In this document: piece after piece, positions 51,948 to 63,427 of the stretch | How positions within the stretch are numbered: position 1 is the stretch's first letter | Layout: each line of letters begins with the position of its first letter | Origin: Raja brachyura | Taxonomy: Eukaryota | Length of the DNA: 64,000 nucleotides | Assembly: GCA_963514005.1 (NCBI GenBank) | Contig: OY740792.1 | Location: 29,512,001 to 29,576,000 of the forward strand | Reading direction: 5' to 3' | The notes under the pieces: model-generated | The model's database searches: none | The model's input: only the letters and a program-made list of their open reading frames with translations | Told to the model about the DNA's origin: nothing | Program-made: the position numbers and the translations under genes

Positions 51948-52250
51948 TGTCCCCCCCCCCCCCAATATAGTTTTGTGCCACTGGTTCGGTCGCCTGTAAA
52001 AGAGTGAACCCCATGAGGATCGTAGTCGGTCTTCTGGAGGTGCACTTGGGATCGTGTGCCTTCTAGACGTGTCTGCTTACACGAGGCTGAAGGGCTTGAA
52101 TGAGTAGAGACATGTATCGGACCCGCGGTGGTTAGGTATTGTATAGGGTGTTTGTTTATATTTGGGTAGAATAAAAAATAGTTGTTTGAGTGCTTGACTC
52201 AGTGTTTTACTGAACTAGACTAGGGGGTAAGCTGTAGGAGCATAGGTTCA
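51948..52250 (+). repeat. ERV 3' LTR, 5'-truncated
   Basis: Homologous to 45371-45674, ends in CA and is followed by GTAG. Confidence 0.88.
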
Positions 52251-52800
52251 GTAGCAGGGGAAGAAAAAAAAGAGATTAAAGGCCAGAAATTAAAAGACAA
52301 ATAGTGATGAGGATAGAAAAGGCGTGAAACATGAAGCCAGAGGAAGGAATGTAGGTGGAAGGGGCTGGAGGGGGGTAAAGAGAGAGGGAGAAATGGCTAT
52401 GCATCTAGCTGGCGCACAGGAAAGAGAAAGGGAAAAAGAGGGCGAGGGGAGAGATTAATTTAACTATAATTTAAAATTTGAGATTCATACTGTTGCATTG
52501 CAAGATACCCAAGCGGAATACAAGGTGTTGTTCCTCCAGTTTACGTGTGGCCTCACTCTGGCAGTGGAGGATCCTAGTTCAGAAAGGTCAGTGTAGGAAT
52601 GGGAAGGGGAGTTAAAATGGTTAGCAACCAGGAGATCCAGATGCCTTGGTGGAGTGAGCATGTGTTCGGTAAAACATTTGCCTAGATTGCACTTGGTCTC
52701 GCCAATGTAAAGGAGGACACATCAACAGCACTGAATGCAGTAGATGAGGTTAGAGGAGGTGTATATGAACCTCTATCTCACCTGGAGGGACTACTGGGGT
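52251..52800 (-). mobile_element. Penelope-like fragment split by the ERV (its terminal repeat continues at ~44805-44890)
   Basis: Similar to 41312-41700. The hammerhead-like end TTTCGGGTCGG...TCTTCAG lies immediately left of the 5' LTR. Confidence 0.8.
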
Positions 52801-52824
52801 AGTTTATGTTTCAGAGACCATGTC

Positions 52825-55745
52825 TTTTTTTAAATTTTTTAAATTTTATTTATTAGAGGTAAATACATCAATGTACACATATATACTGTTACAATCATTG
52901 TACCCCATAATTTCATGGCTTTTAAAGAAAAAGAATAGAGAGAAAGAGAATGTAATGTGAAAAGAGTTGTGATAGTGAAAGAGCATGCCAAAGGGGAGAA
53001 GAAACCCTTGATCAAAGAATTAGAAAAGGGGGTTAAAAGATAGACCTTAAAAAAAAGGAAAGAGAAAAAAATATATTGAAAATTATGTTGCATATATCAC
53101 GGAAAAAGAATCCACCAACTCGATAGTTTTTCATCCCCACCCTACCAAGGCCCGAGGTACTCCTGCACCCTATCTTTGTAATAATTCTATAAATGCACAC
53201 CACGTCTGATAGAAACGTTCTGATTTTCCTTCCAGGCAGAGTCTCATATCTTCCAGATGTAATGTTTCAAACATAGTTGAAATCCACATATTTAATGTTG
53301 GTATAGGAGCATTTTACCAAAATGTTAAGATTAGTTTTTTTCCTTTTTTTCAGCCATAATAAAATAAATTCTTTTGATACACATTTAATTCCGAACTACC
53401 TTCTGTCATTCCGAAAATAATTCATTCTGGCTTTGGTGTCATTTTTATTTTAAACAGTTTTGTGAAAATTTCAAAGATTTCAATCCAAAACCTTTGAATT
53501 TTTGTACAAAAGATGAATGAGTGCGCTATAGTAGCTTCTCGACACTAGCATTTATCACAAATTGGTGAAACGTTAGGGAAAAATGTATTTAATTTAGTTT
53601 TTGAGTAGTATAATCTGTATTATTTTAAATTGCATTAAAGTGCGTCTTGCGTTAATTGAGCATTTGTGCACATTTAATAAGTATTCTTTCCACCTTTCCT
53701 TGGAAATTTTAATGCTTAGTTCATTTTCCCATTCACCTCTAATACCTTCCGTTGTTGGTATTACTGCATTTAGTATATTATATATATGTGAAATTAAATT
53801 TGCTGATTCCGCCTATGTATTCATTACTTCTTTTTTTGCATAATTTTAACCATATACTTCCATTCACCTTAACCATATACTTCCATTCAACCTGATCGAA
53901 TGCTTTCTCTGCATCCAGCGAAATAATTGCAAGATTTGGATCTTTAGTTTGGTGTGAGTGCATTATGTTAAGCAGACGTCTCAAATTATTGAATGAATGT
54001 CTCTTTGGGATAAACCCCGTTTGATCCGGATGTGTTAGTTTAATGGCGTACTTACTTAATCTTCTTGCTAATATTTTTGTTAATATTTTTTGATCTGTAT
54101 TTAACAACGCGATAGCTCTATAAGATCCAGGTTCTTCCTCATCTTTATCTTTCTTAAGTATTAATGTAATCGTAGATTCTGTTAATGTATCAGGTAATAT
54201 TTGTTCTCTGAAAGCGTGTGTGTACATTTTCTGTAGACGAGGACTACATATATCGTAAAAACTTTTATAGAATTCATTACTAAATCCGTCGGGACCTGGT
54301 GTTTTTCTATTTTTTAATGAGAATATTGTTTCTTCTATTTCCTTATTTGAGATTTGTTCTCCCAATTCCTATTGTTCCTGCAATTCTAGTTTGGGAAGGT
54401 TGCACTTATCCAGAAACTCAGTGACTGTGTTGATGTTCGTTGTCATTTTGGATGTATACAAATTCTCATAAAATTGCACAAATCTTTTATTAATTTCATT
54501 CGGTAATGTTAATACTTCCCCTCTGTCTGATTTAATCTTTGAAATCGTGTGTTCTTTTTCTCGTTTTTTTAATTGGCGTGCGAGAGGTTTATGAGGCTTC
54601 TCCCGAAATTCAAACTGTTCCTGTCTTGTAATTTGGAGTAATATTATAACTTTCTCTGATAGTAATTTATTTCATTTGAATTTTAGTATTAATATTTTAT
54701 TATGTTTATCCATGGACGGGTCTTTAGCATTATCTATATCCAATTGTCTAATTTGTTCCTCTAGCTGCCGTTGTTCAATCTTTTTTTTAAATTCTGAAAG
54801 GCTTGGTATGAGATAACACCTCGAATAAAAGCTTTGAAAGATTCCCATAATAAAGTAGGTGGTGTGTCTGGCGTTTCATTTATTTTAAAAAAAAGATCCA
54901 TTTGCTCTCTTAGATATTACTCCCTTGCGGGTCTTTTAAAATTTGGGGGTTATACCTCCAGAACGATGTAATCTTAGACATACCTTCTATTTTTTTTTTA
55001 AAAGTTAGAGGGGAATGATCTGAAATCGTATTTGTATGGTATTTTGGGTTAAGATTATACAGAATTAATTTTGTGTCTACCAGGAAATAATCTATACGTG
55101 AATAAGTCTTGTGTACCAATGAATAAAATGAATATTCCTTGCCTGTCGGATTTGCAATCCTCCAAACATCGGTTATATTTGTATTTTTTATATATGTGTT
55201 TAAAAGTTCACTAGTTTTAGATTTCGTATTACCTCGTTGATTTTGACTGGATTTACCTAAATAAGGATCTAAGACATAGTTAAAGTCTCCCTCAATTATA
55301 ACATTCTGGTAATTATATTCTGCAATTATATTCAAAATTTTATTTAAAAAAATGCAGATTATCAAAGTTAGGCGCATATATATGTACCAATGTGATTGGG
55401 ATTGCATGGATCTCACCGGTAACTATCAAATATCTCCCATCCTTATCTGTTAAGGTATTTTTCTGTTTAAATGGTATACCTTTGCGAATCATGATTGACG
55501 TGCCTCTGGATTTTGACGTGTATGACGAATGGAAAGTTTGACCTATCCATTTGGCCCTCAATCTAACTTGATCATGAACTTTAAGATGCGTTTCTTGGAT
55601 GAAGATAACATCTGATTTAAATGCCTTCAGCTGTGCTAAAATCTTACCCCTTTTAATACGTTCGTTAGCCCCCCTAATATTCCAACTGCAAAATGAGATT
55701 CCTCCCGATTTGTTTAGTTTAGTGTCTTGGATTTTGGCTACATTT
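52825..55745 (-). mobile_element. L1-clade LINE ORF2 (APE, RT N-half, C-terminal Cys/His region) with internal deletion and 3' A-rich tail
   Basis: SWNIRG, IQETH, IYAPN, GDFN, YSRIDYFL, SDHSP; TPGPDGFSNEFYK, DQTGFIPKR, SLDAEKAFD; ICDKC...HSFIFC. AATAAA and A-tail on the minus strand at ~52830-52855. Confidence 0.93.
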
Positions 55746-56816
55746 AGTACCTATGTATCTTATGGTGCATCCATACCTCAGGTCTTTAAGCAATGGGGGA
55801 ACAGAGAGACAATGTCTAAATCATGTGGCAAATCATAAGATTAATTTTGAAAATGCAACTTGAATCAACATAATATTTGGCTTCACAGTCCGATATCTGA
55901 AACACCGAAGTTATATCTAATTTTGTATTGCAAAGGCTAATTAAAAAGAAAATGGAAAATGGGAATTTTATTACAAAAATTTTTACAATAAGTAGTGGTG
56001 CCTAATAGAGACTTCTGGGTACCTTTTGCTGCACAGGTCACTTTGTTCGAGAAAATAGTAATTTCAATCAATCAAAGTAAAAGCTCTAATTTAACTAAAT
56101 TTCCTTGTAACAGTGGAATAATCTGGTTCAGCACCATCGCCTTTAACAACCTAAACTGGAATATTTGCAAATACCGATGAGACCAACAGGAACTGATCAA
56201 TATCTGGACCTGAAACCTCAATTCTAATTTACCAGGAATGCCATCTGCTTGGAAGGGGCCTTGGTCAACCAAGCGAAACAGTGTAAGGTTGGCTTAAATA
56301 ATATTATATATCTTTTAATTATCTTTAAGAGCTTTTTTTGTGTGGGCCCAAGATACAAACACAAAGTCCACAAAATGTCACATTGATTTCAAACTAATGA
56401 CAAACTTATATTCATAATGAACTATTTTGAGTAGTTATCAACTTAAATATACAGTGCCCTCCATAATGTCTGGGACAAAGACCCATCATTTGTATATTTG
56501 CCTCTGTACTCCACAATTTGAAATTTGTAATTGAAAATAAATCTAAAGTGCACATTGTCAGATTTTAGTAAAGGCCATTTTTATACATTTTGGTTTCACC
56601 ATGTAGAAATTACAGTTGTGTTTATACATAGTCTCCCCATTTCAGGGCACCATAATGTTTGGGACACATGGCTTCACAAACGTTTGTAATTGCTCAGGAG
56701 GGTTTAATTGTCTCCTTAATGCAGGTATAAGAGAGCTCTCAGCACCTAGTCTTTCCTCAACTTTCCATTACCTTCAGAAACTTTTATTGCTGTTTATCAA
56801 CATAAGGACCAAAGTT

Positions 56817-57345
56817 ATGCCAATGTACCAAATAAACTGTTTGGAACATCATTAGGAAGAAAGAGAGCACTGGTGAGCTTACTAATCGCGAAGGGACGAG
56901 CAGGCCAAGGGAGTCCTCCACAGCTGATGACAGAAGAATTCTCTCTACAATAAAGAAAAATCCCCAAACACCTGTCCGACAGATCAGAAACACTCTTCAG
57001 GATTTGTCAATGACCACTGTCCACAGGAGACTTCATGAACAGAAATACAGAGGCTACACTGCAAGATGCAAACCACTGGTTTGCCACAAAAATAGGATGG
57101 CCAAGTTACAGTTTACCAAGAAGTATTTAAAAGAGCAACCACAGTTCTGGAAAATTGAGCATGCCTTTTATATGCTGAAGAGAAAACTGAAGGGGACTAG
57201 CCCCCAAAAGAAGCATAAGCTCAAGATGGCTGCAATACAGGCCTGGAAGAGCATCACCACAGAAGACACCCAGCAACTGGTGATGTCCATGAATCACAGA
57301 CCTCAAGCAGTCATTGCATGCAAAGGATATGCCACAAAATATTAA
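56817..57345 (+). pseudogene. Tc1 transposase remnant with the catalytic DDE core deleted
   Basis: SRPR..TADDRRI, TVHRRLHE..ARCKPL...QFWK joined directly to IEHAFYMLKR...LVMSM..R.QAVIACKGYATKY. Confidence 0.88.
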
Positions 57346-57840
57346 GATTAAATGAAAACTTACCAGTTTGAAGTTTGATCCTTATTTTATGAGGAGTTAC
57401 GATGAGGGATTTCGTGAAGACCCTGCCAGCACGCATGCGCGACACTCTTCAAAGCAGCGGTGTGAAATCACAGATAGCAGAACTGACTGGAGATAGAAAG
57501 ATTAAGAGAAACTATATAGCAGTTGACCTAATGATAGAGGGTTGGGAACGGAGGGCACAAAATCCCTCATCGTAACTCCTCATAAAATACGGATCAAACT
57601 TCAAACTGGTAAGTTCTCGTTTAATCTTACTATTTTACTTCGGAGTCACGCGAGTGACTTCGTGAAGATTTCAAAGCTCTGTGATTTCATGCCCTGGACC
57701 ACGTCCATGCTCGCACACTGCCGTAATAACTGATAGAGGAAGTACGTTAACGTATTTCAGACTTGAAACAGAGCTGAAAAACAATAATGTATTTATTAAT
57801 ATAAACAAAAAACTCCTGAGTTCGGGGACCGTTCAGGACT

Positions 57841-58800
57841 TCAAACACTATCTGCACACGTCGCAGGAGTGGCCACAGGTTTATTATAAAACTGTTGAAA
57901 CGTGCCTCCATTGGTCCAGCCCGCTGTTGTGAGGACATGGTCTATGGGTACCTCCATGGCCCTCGCCGCTGATGTGGACGCAGCCCTGGTAGAATTTAAA
58001 AATATCAGTGCCTACTCCTGCTGCATTCAACACCATCCTGAGCCACCTGGAAATAGTCTGCACAGTTACCCTGTAGTGCGGGCGTTTAAAACTGATAATA
58101 GACCCGTTTCCATACCCCTTAAATTTTGAGTGACATTAATATAATGTCGGAGATGGGTGGCTATACAGAGGTGTACATCAATGGGATATGCCTGGAATTC
58201 CAATATGAGACTGGTTGTTCCAGATCTATGCTGTTTAAGTAACTCGTCTATAAAAAATGGTTACCTTGGTAGGGGTCAAGACCATCTTGCCCAATTTCAG
58301 TTTGTGGAGGGTCTGGAACCGCTGAGCTGTAATGAGTCCCATCAACATCACCACTTTATAGGTGCGTTTTGCAAGTGGGAGTGCCGAAGCTGGTGACCAA
58401 CTCCTGAGTAGGGTCAACACTACCCCTATATCCCATGTCACAGCGTATCATGGTCTCAGAGGATTGTAATTAAAAATACCCCTCATCTGTTTCAACACCA
58501 ACGGATGGGATCCCACTCCAAGTCTGAGGTAGGACGATAATGCACTTCTAGCACTATTGATGGCACTGCAGCTGAGGCCCTCATCATAGTGAAGGCCTGC
58601 GAGGAATTCCAGAAGAATTGGTGGCAGAGTCGTAGATGATATTAGTCCTGGAACAGAAGACCTCCCATTTCCTTACATGGGTAAGGTTTTGCTTCCTTGA
58701 GGACTCTCTGCACGACGCCGTGATGATGTCCATGGTCCTGTTCGACAGCCCGAATTCCAGCAAAGGTCTCTTCAGAACCTGCAAGCCAACAGGTTCAGAT
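57841..58800 (-). pseudogene. DIRS tyrosine recombinase, frameshifted
   Basis: VTWDIGVVL..KVVMLMGLITAQR; STRAASTSAA...VLTTAGWTNGGTFQQFYNK (catalytic Tyr box). Confidence 0.9.
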
Positions 58801-58979
58801 GACCATGACACGGATGACTCTCCCCTGATATGGGATGTGTCAGGACGTTCGTGCATTTAGGAATCTGCACCCACGGTTCCTGCTCCATGTCGAGGACCAC
58901 CGAAAACCATGGCTATATGGACCAGCCGGGTATTATCAGTATCCCAATGCAGAATCTAACTGGATTTTCCGCAATACCC

Positions 58980-59175
58980 GACTGATGAGGAAGAAGGGGA
59001 AAATGCATAGAAGAACAATTTCCCCCAATGTAGCGAAAAAGCTTCCATCGCTACTGCCCCAGGGTCTGGTTCCCAAGAGACATATGTTGGTATCTGATGG
59101 TTCAATCTGGACGCAAAGAGGTCGATATCTGGTGTACCATACTGAGCTATAATGTTAGCAAATATTCCATTCGGT
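58980..59175 (-). pseudogene. DIRS Dam-like methyltransferase remnant
   Basis: GTPDIDLFASRLNHQ..YVSWEPDPGAVAMEAFSLHW...YAFSP (DLFAS and YAFPP-like motifs). Confidence 0.85.
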
Positions 59176-62100
59176 GTTGTCATTGAATTTTGGAACCAGA
59201 CCCCGTTACCTCCATGGTTACCGGTGGGGCTTGGCCTTCCGAACTTAGTTCTTGGGATGTTGTGGCGCCATGGTGTGGGCTTGACGCATTTTTCAAGCGG
59301 GTCGCTCTGGCCTTGGCCTAAAAAGGACCTCTGTGGGTGAGGAGCGACCTTTGGGTTTGCACCCGTCACTCTATCAGGGTGAAACCGGGGCCTGTTGGGT
59401 GTTGCATATGGATGCTGCCGTCGATATGCTGGTGGCCTGCTGGAGGAAGGTGGTTTTATCATGCCCTTTGCTTCCTCGTCTAGGTCTTTGACCTGCTTGG
59501 GCAGGTCATTCCCAAACTACAAGCTTGGTGACGGCGCAGCGCTAGTTTTACACAACCCCGCAAATTTGGGGTTGAGCGTGGGCCGGATAGAGCTTTTTCT
59601 GAAGCAATTGATTTTGTATTGCGTGTTACAGAGCAGGGCCCCTCATATGGGTGTGTTGATAGTTGGTACATTCAACGACACACAATTTTCCGGGTCCAGG
59701 TAATTGCCTGTGGTCTCCGTAATTACCTGTTCCTGAAGCTGGTGTGTGGTGAGGTAATTGATACTGGCCGCTAGCTGTGATTGAAGAGGTTGCCCCTTCT
59801 GGGATGGATGTGCGAATTTTCACACCATCCCCAGAAGTTCCTCTTCCTGCATCCCATGCAACTTAGGGTCTTCGGTCAACCCCTCTTCCAGGTTCCGCAA
59901 TCCTTGACTTCTGGCACTCCCTTCTGAAGAGGGAGAGATGTTGGACAGCCCTGGAAAGGACCTGTCGTGGACCTGAATGATCCACGGGACGCATGCTCCT
60001 GCTGGAGTAGGTCCCACTGGAGCAGCTGCTCCATCATCCGCTCCATGCGGGCTGTGCGATCGCCATCGCTATCTGCAAACGGCAGGTCGTCTTTCCCAGA
60101 TTCTGCAGAATCAATGGGGTCATTACCGCCAGTCCGCACCCCATCGGAGTGATGTCCATGGGACTGATGCGGTAGAAAGTCAGTGCCAGCCGCTCCAGCG
60201 GGGCTACACGACTCCCACGCGGATCTACCGCCTGTCCATTGTCGTCCGGACTGAGGCGGTGTGGAGTTGGTGCCAGCCGCTCCAGCGGGGCTACACGACT
60301 TACGGGTGGGGCCTGCCGCTAGTCCGAGGTCTTCCGGACTGATGCGGCGGAAAGTCGGTGCCAGCTCGACTTGTGTGCAGATTTGCCACCTGTCCGCGGT
60401 CTTCTGGACTGAGGCGGTGTGGAGTCGGGGTCTGCCGTTAGAACGGGGCTCTCTGATTTCCGCACTCTTTTGCCGGTATTCTGCGGTCGTGCGGACTGAA
60501 GCGGTGGGGAGTTGGGGTCTTGGTTACCCTGCTCCCGCGCGGTCCACCCGCCAGTTCTCAGTTTCCTGTACTGTGGCGGTGAAGACTCAGGTCCCGACTG
60601 AGCGGGGCACCCCGACTTCCGCGCTGTCTTCCCAGCCCGAGGTACGAGTGCTGCCGGAAATCAACGGTCAACTCCGGGGATTTTGGCTGCCGACCTCGCT
60701 CCGAAGTCCCGCGGTCTTCAATGGCATGCTTGAAAGCAGTCTTCTTTATGCTCCTTCTCTCCATTACGAAGTGTCTGTAAGGGATTTAAACAATACAGAA
60801 ACCCAACCAACTCAAGGTTAATAAAACTTACCTGTTGGTCCTTTTTTAAGCTGCCAGCAGAGGAGCGCGCTGAAGCCCCTGGCTCCACCGCCAGCGACTC
60901 AAAAAAGTGAACTTGACCACCACCCGCTACCCGCATTCCGTGGTCTCTGTAGCGGATTCCCCGCAGTCCGTGGGCGGGATTCCCCGAGGTCGTGACCGGG
61001 ATTCCCTGTGGTCCGTGACTGGGGTACCCCGTGGTCCATAAAGGGTCTCCCGCGGCCCGTCCGGACTTCACCCCAAAATTTAGCAGGACCTCTGTAAGGC
61101 TTACAGAGATTCCTGCAAAACATAACCTGGGAAAAAGTTAAAAACGTACCTTCAGGTTTGGCCGCTGGTGGAGCACCGTTCCCCCCAGCCAGACGTTGTG
61201 TAATGCAATTCCCTTCTTCAGAGTCAGCCTAGATCTGACTCCTTATGCTCCCCTGCGAAGAGGGTGAGCATTTGGCAGCCCTGTAAATGGTACTGTCATG
61301 GGTCTGCTCGGAGACCCATGGTGACCAGACTCCTGCTGGAGTGTGCCCTGTTGAAGCTAGTGCTCCCCATCCGCTCATGCGGTAATATAGACTGCCGCAA
61401 ACGGCAAGTCTGTGAGCCCGGACCCCGCCGGGTCAACGGACTTGCCCACTTCCAGGCGTTGTGCCGCCAGTCCGACGTTCCAGGGCAAATGCTCCATCAT
61501 CCGCTCCATGCGGGAAATACGATTGCCGTCGCATCTGCGAACGGCAGGTCGTCATGCCCGGACTCAGTTGAGTCAACGGGCTGCCCAACTCAAATTGTAC
61601 GGCAGCGTTTGAGTCGGGGCTCTGACTCTGTCCTCATCACCTCTTCAGGGTAGCTTTGCCGTCAGTCCACAGTATTCTTGCGTCTGCGGCGTTGAGTCGG
61701 AGCTCCTGCTCTGCCTTCGTTACCCGCGAATGGCAGTCTCCGAGCCCGGGCCCTGCTGGGTCAAACGGGCTTGCTCGACATCCGGATAGCTTTGCCGTCA
61801 GTCCGCGGTGTTCCTGCGGGCTGCGGTGTTGAGTCGGGGCTGCCGCTCTGCCGTTGCTACCCGCGAACGGCGAGTCTGTGAGCCCGGACGCTGCCGGGGC
61901 AACGGGCTGCCCGACTTCCAGGTTTGTTGTGATGCCACCGCTGACTGCCTGCGTCCCGCAGTCAGTCTTTTGAGGCGGCCCCTTGGTGGGGTACTCTGTC
62001 CCACAGAGTCCCTGAAAGAAAGCCCGACCGCAGGTTAGTTGTTTCTTACCTGTAGGTCCATTCCGGTGGAGGAGCGACCCTTCTCCCTGCCTGTCGCTTC

Positions 62101-63352
62101 GCATGCGGTCGACGAAATGTCACGCATGCGTGCTGGCGGGGTCTTCACGTGACTCCGAAGTAAAATACTACTTTCACTCACATGACATTGCTGTCCCAAA
62201 CATTACGGTGCCTTGAAATGAGGGCACTATGTATAAACACTACTGCAATTTCTACATGGTGAAACCAAAATGTATAAAAATGGCCTTTATTAAATTCTGG
62301 CAATGTGCACTTTAACCACATGTGATTTTTTCTATTACAAATCTCAAATTGTGGAGTACAGAGGCAAGTAAATAAATGATCGGTCTTTGTCCCAAACATT
62401 ATGGAGGGCACTATACTTCGATACATATATACTTGGATGCATTTTCTTGCACATTCCAATTTGAAGACTGGCTAAGAATAAACCAGATTACAATGTGGAA
62501 ATAATAAAAAGGTATGTAAAGACATATTTTCTGTATCATGCCAGTCGCACCGAGTTGATGATTAAGGCATATCAGGAAAACTACTTTTAATGTATCTCTC
62601 CTCCATCTTTCCAATGCCATGTGGGAAATAATTACAAAGACTAGTCAAAACCTGCAGCATGGCCCACACTCAATTATCTTGACTCAACATCAAAATGTAG
62701 AAATAACCTGAATCAAGCCAAGAGTAAAAGTCAGCCCTTGCCATCGCATTACTGATAGCAGAATACTGGAATACCATATGTCATGATTAGTCAATCCACA
62801 CAAATACTAAGCCATACATTATTCAATTAAGCTAGATATTATCTGCCACATTCTCCCATTTTGAGAAGCTTGCGACAATCAAACCAGCCTGCCTCTGATC
62901 AACAATGATTCCAGCCTATTGGTTATATGCTGCTTCACAACTCTGTTGTTTAGGACAGAAAAGGCTACTGTCTAACATCAGTTACCACTAACCAGTTATT
63001 TGCCACTACCCTTTGCTTGCTTACCAACCTTGCTTGCTTGGATGCAGCATGTCACACTATTTGTGAGCACTTCTAAAGATTTTGGACTGGGCAATGTATC
63101 TGTGCATATAACTAGCATAGCTGGGAACACTAAAATAACCTAGACTGGTTGTTGTGCAGGAATAATTTTAGACGAGTTTCAGTTGACCAATTTCCACAGT
63201 GGTCTTTGTAAGCTATGCCTGTTCACATGCAAATAAATAGTTTTTACACACCAAATTATTGCACACAAGTAACTGAACGGTATAGTGTGTAAAAATAACT
63301 ATTATTGGCATTCAACATGTATTGCAAAAACTGAACACAAAACAATTTGTAC

Positions 63353-63427
63353 CTAACAGGAGTTTGCGGAGGATGCACTGTATGATCATCTTCAGTTTGA
63401 GGCATCTTTGGAGTTCTTTCTTCACAT
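63353..63427 (-). CDS. RB1: RB1 coding exon (human exon 11 equivalent), 75 nt
   Basis: Minus strand ctttatag|ATGTGAAGAA...CCTGTTAG|gtacaa encodes CEERTPKMPQTEDDHTVHPPQTPVR. Matches human RB1 ERTP...IPPHTPVR-type segment with T356- and T373-like CDK sites. Confidence 0.93.

Larger units (their letters stand above)
44891..52250 (+). mobile_element. Defective class I (gamma/epsilon-like) endogenous retrovirus, antisense to RB1
   Basis: Order is 5' LTR, PBS(Pro), leader, gag, pro, 2H-like domain, RT, then a partial 3' LTR. RNase H, integrase and env are missing. Confidence 0.93.
57343..62167 (-). mobile_element. DIRS1-type tyrosine-recombinase retrotransposon, RT/RNase H deleted
   Basis: Inverted terminal repeats (57412-57445 vs 62117-62149), internal complementary region 57560-57650 matching both ends, and gag-like, methyltransferase and YR remnants. 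Confidence 0.92.
56452..62413 (+). mobile_element. Tc1-like DNA transposon with long TIRs, interrupted by a DIRS element
   Basis: TA|CAGTGCCCTCCATAATGTCTGGGACAAAGACC ... GGTCTTTGTCCCAAACATTATGGAGGGCACTA|TA, with ~200 bp of inverted homology. Confidence 0.92.

Noticed and set aside
51690-52250. ERV env or integrase
   Set aside because: No HHCC/DDE or envelope motifs; pol joins the LTR directly.
59967-62104. Many 60-186 aa ORFs on both strands
   Set aside because: They arise from GC-rich duplicated modules in the DIRS 5' region; none shows an independent protein signature.
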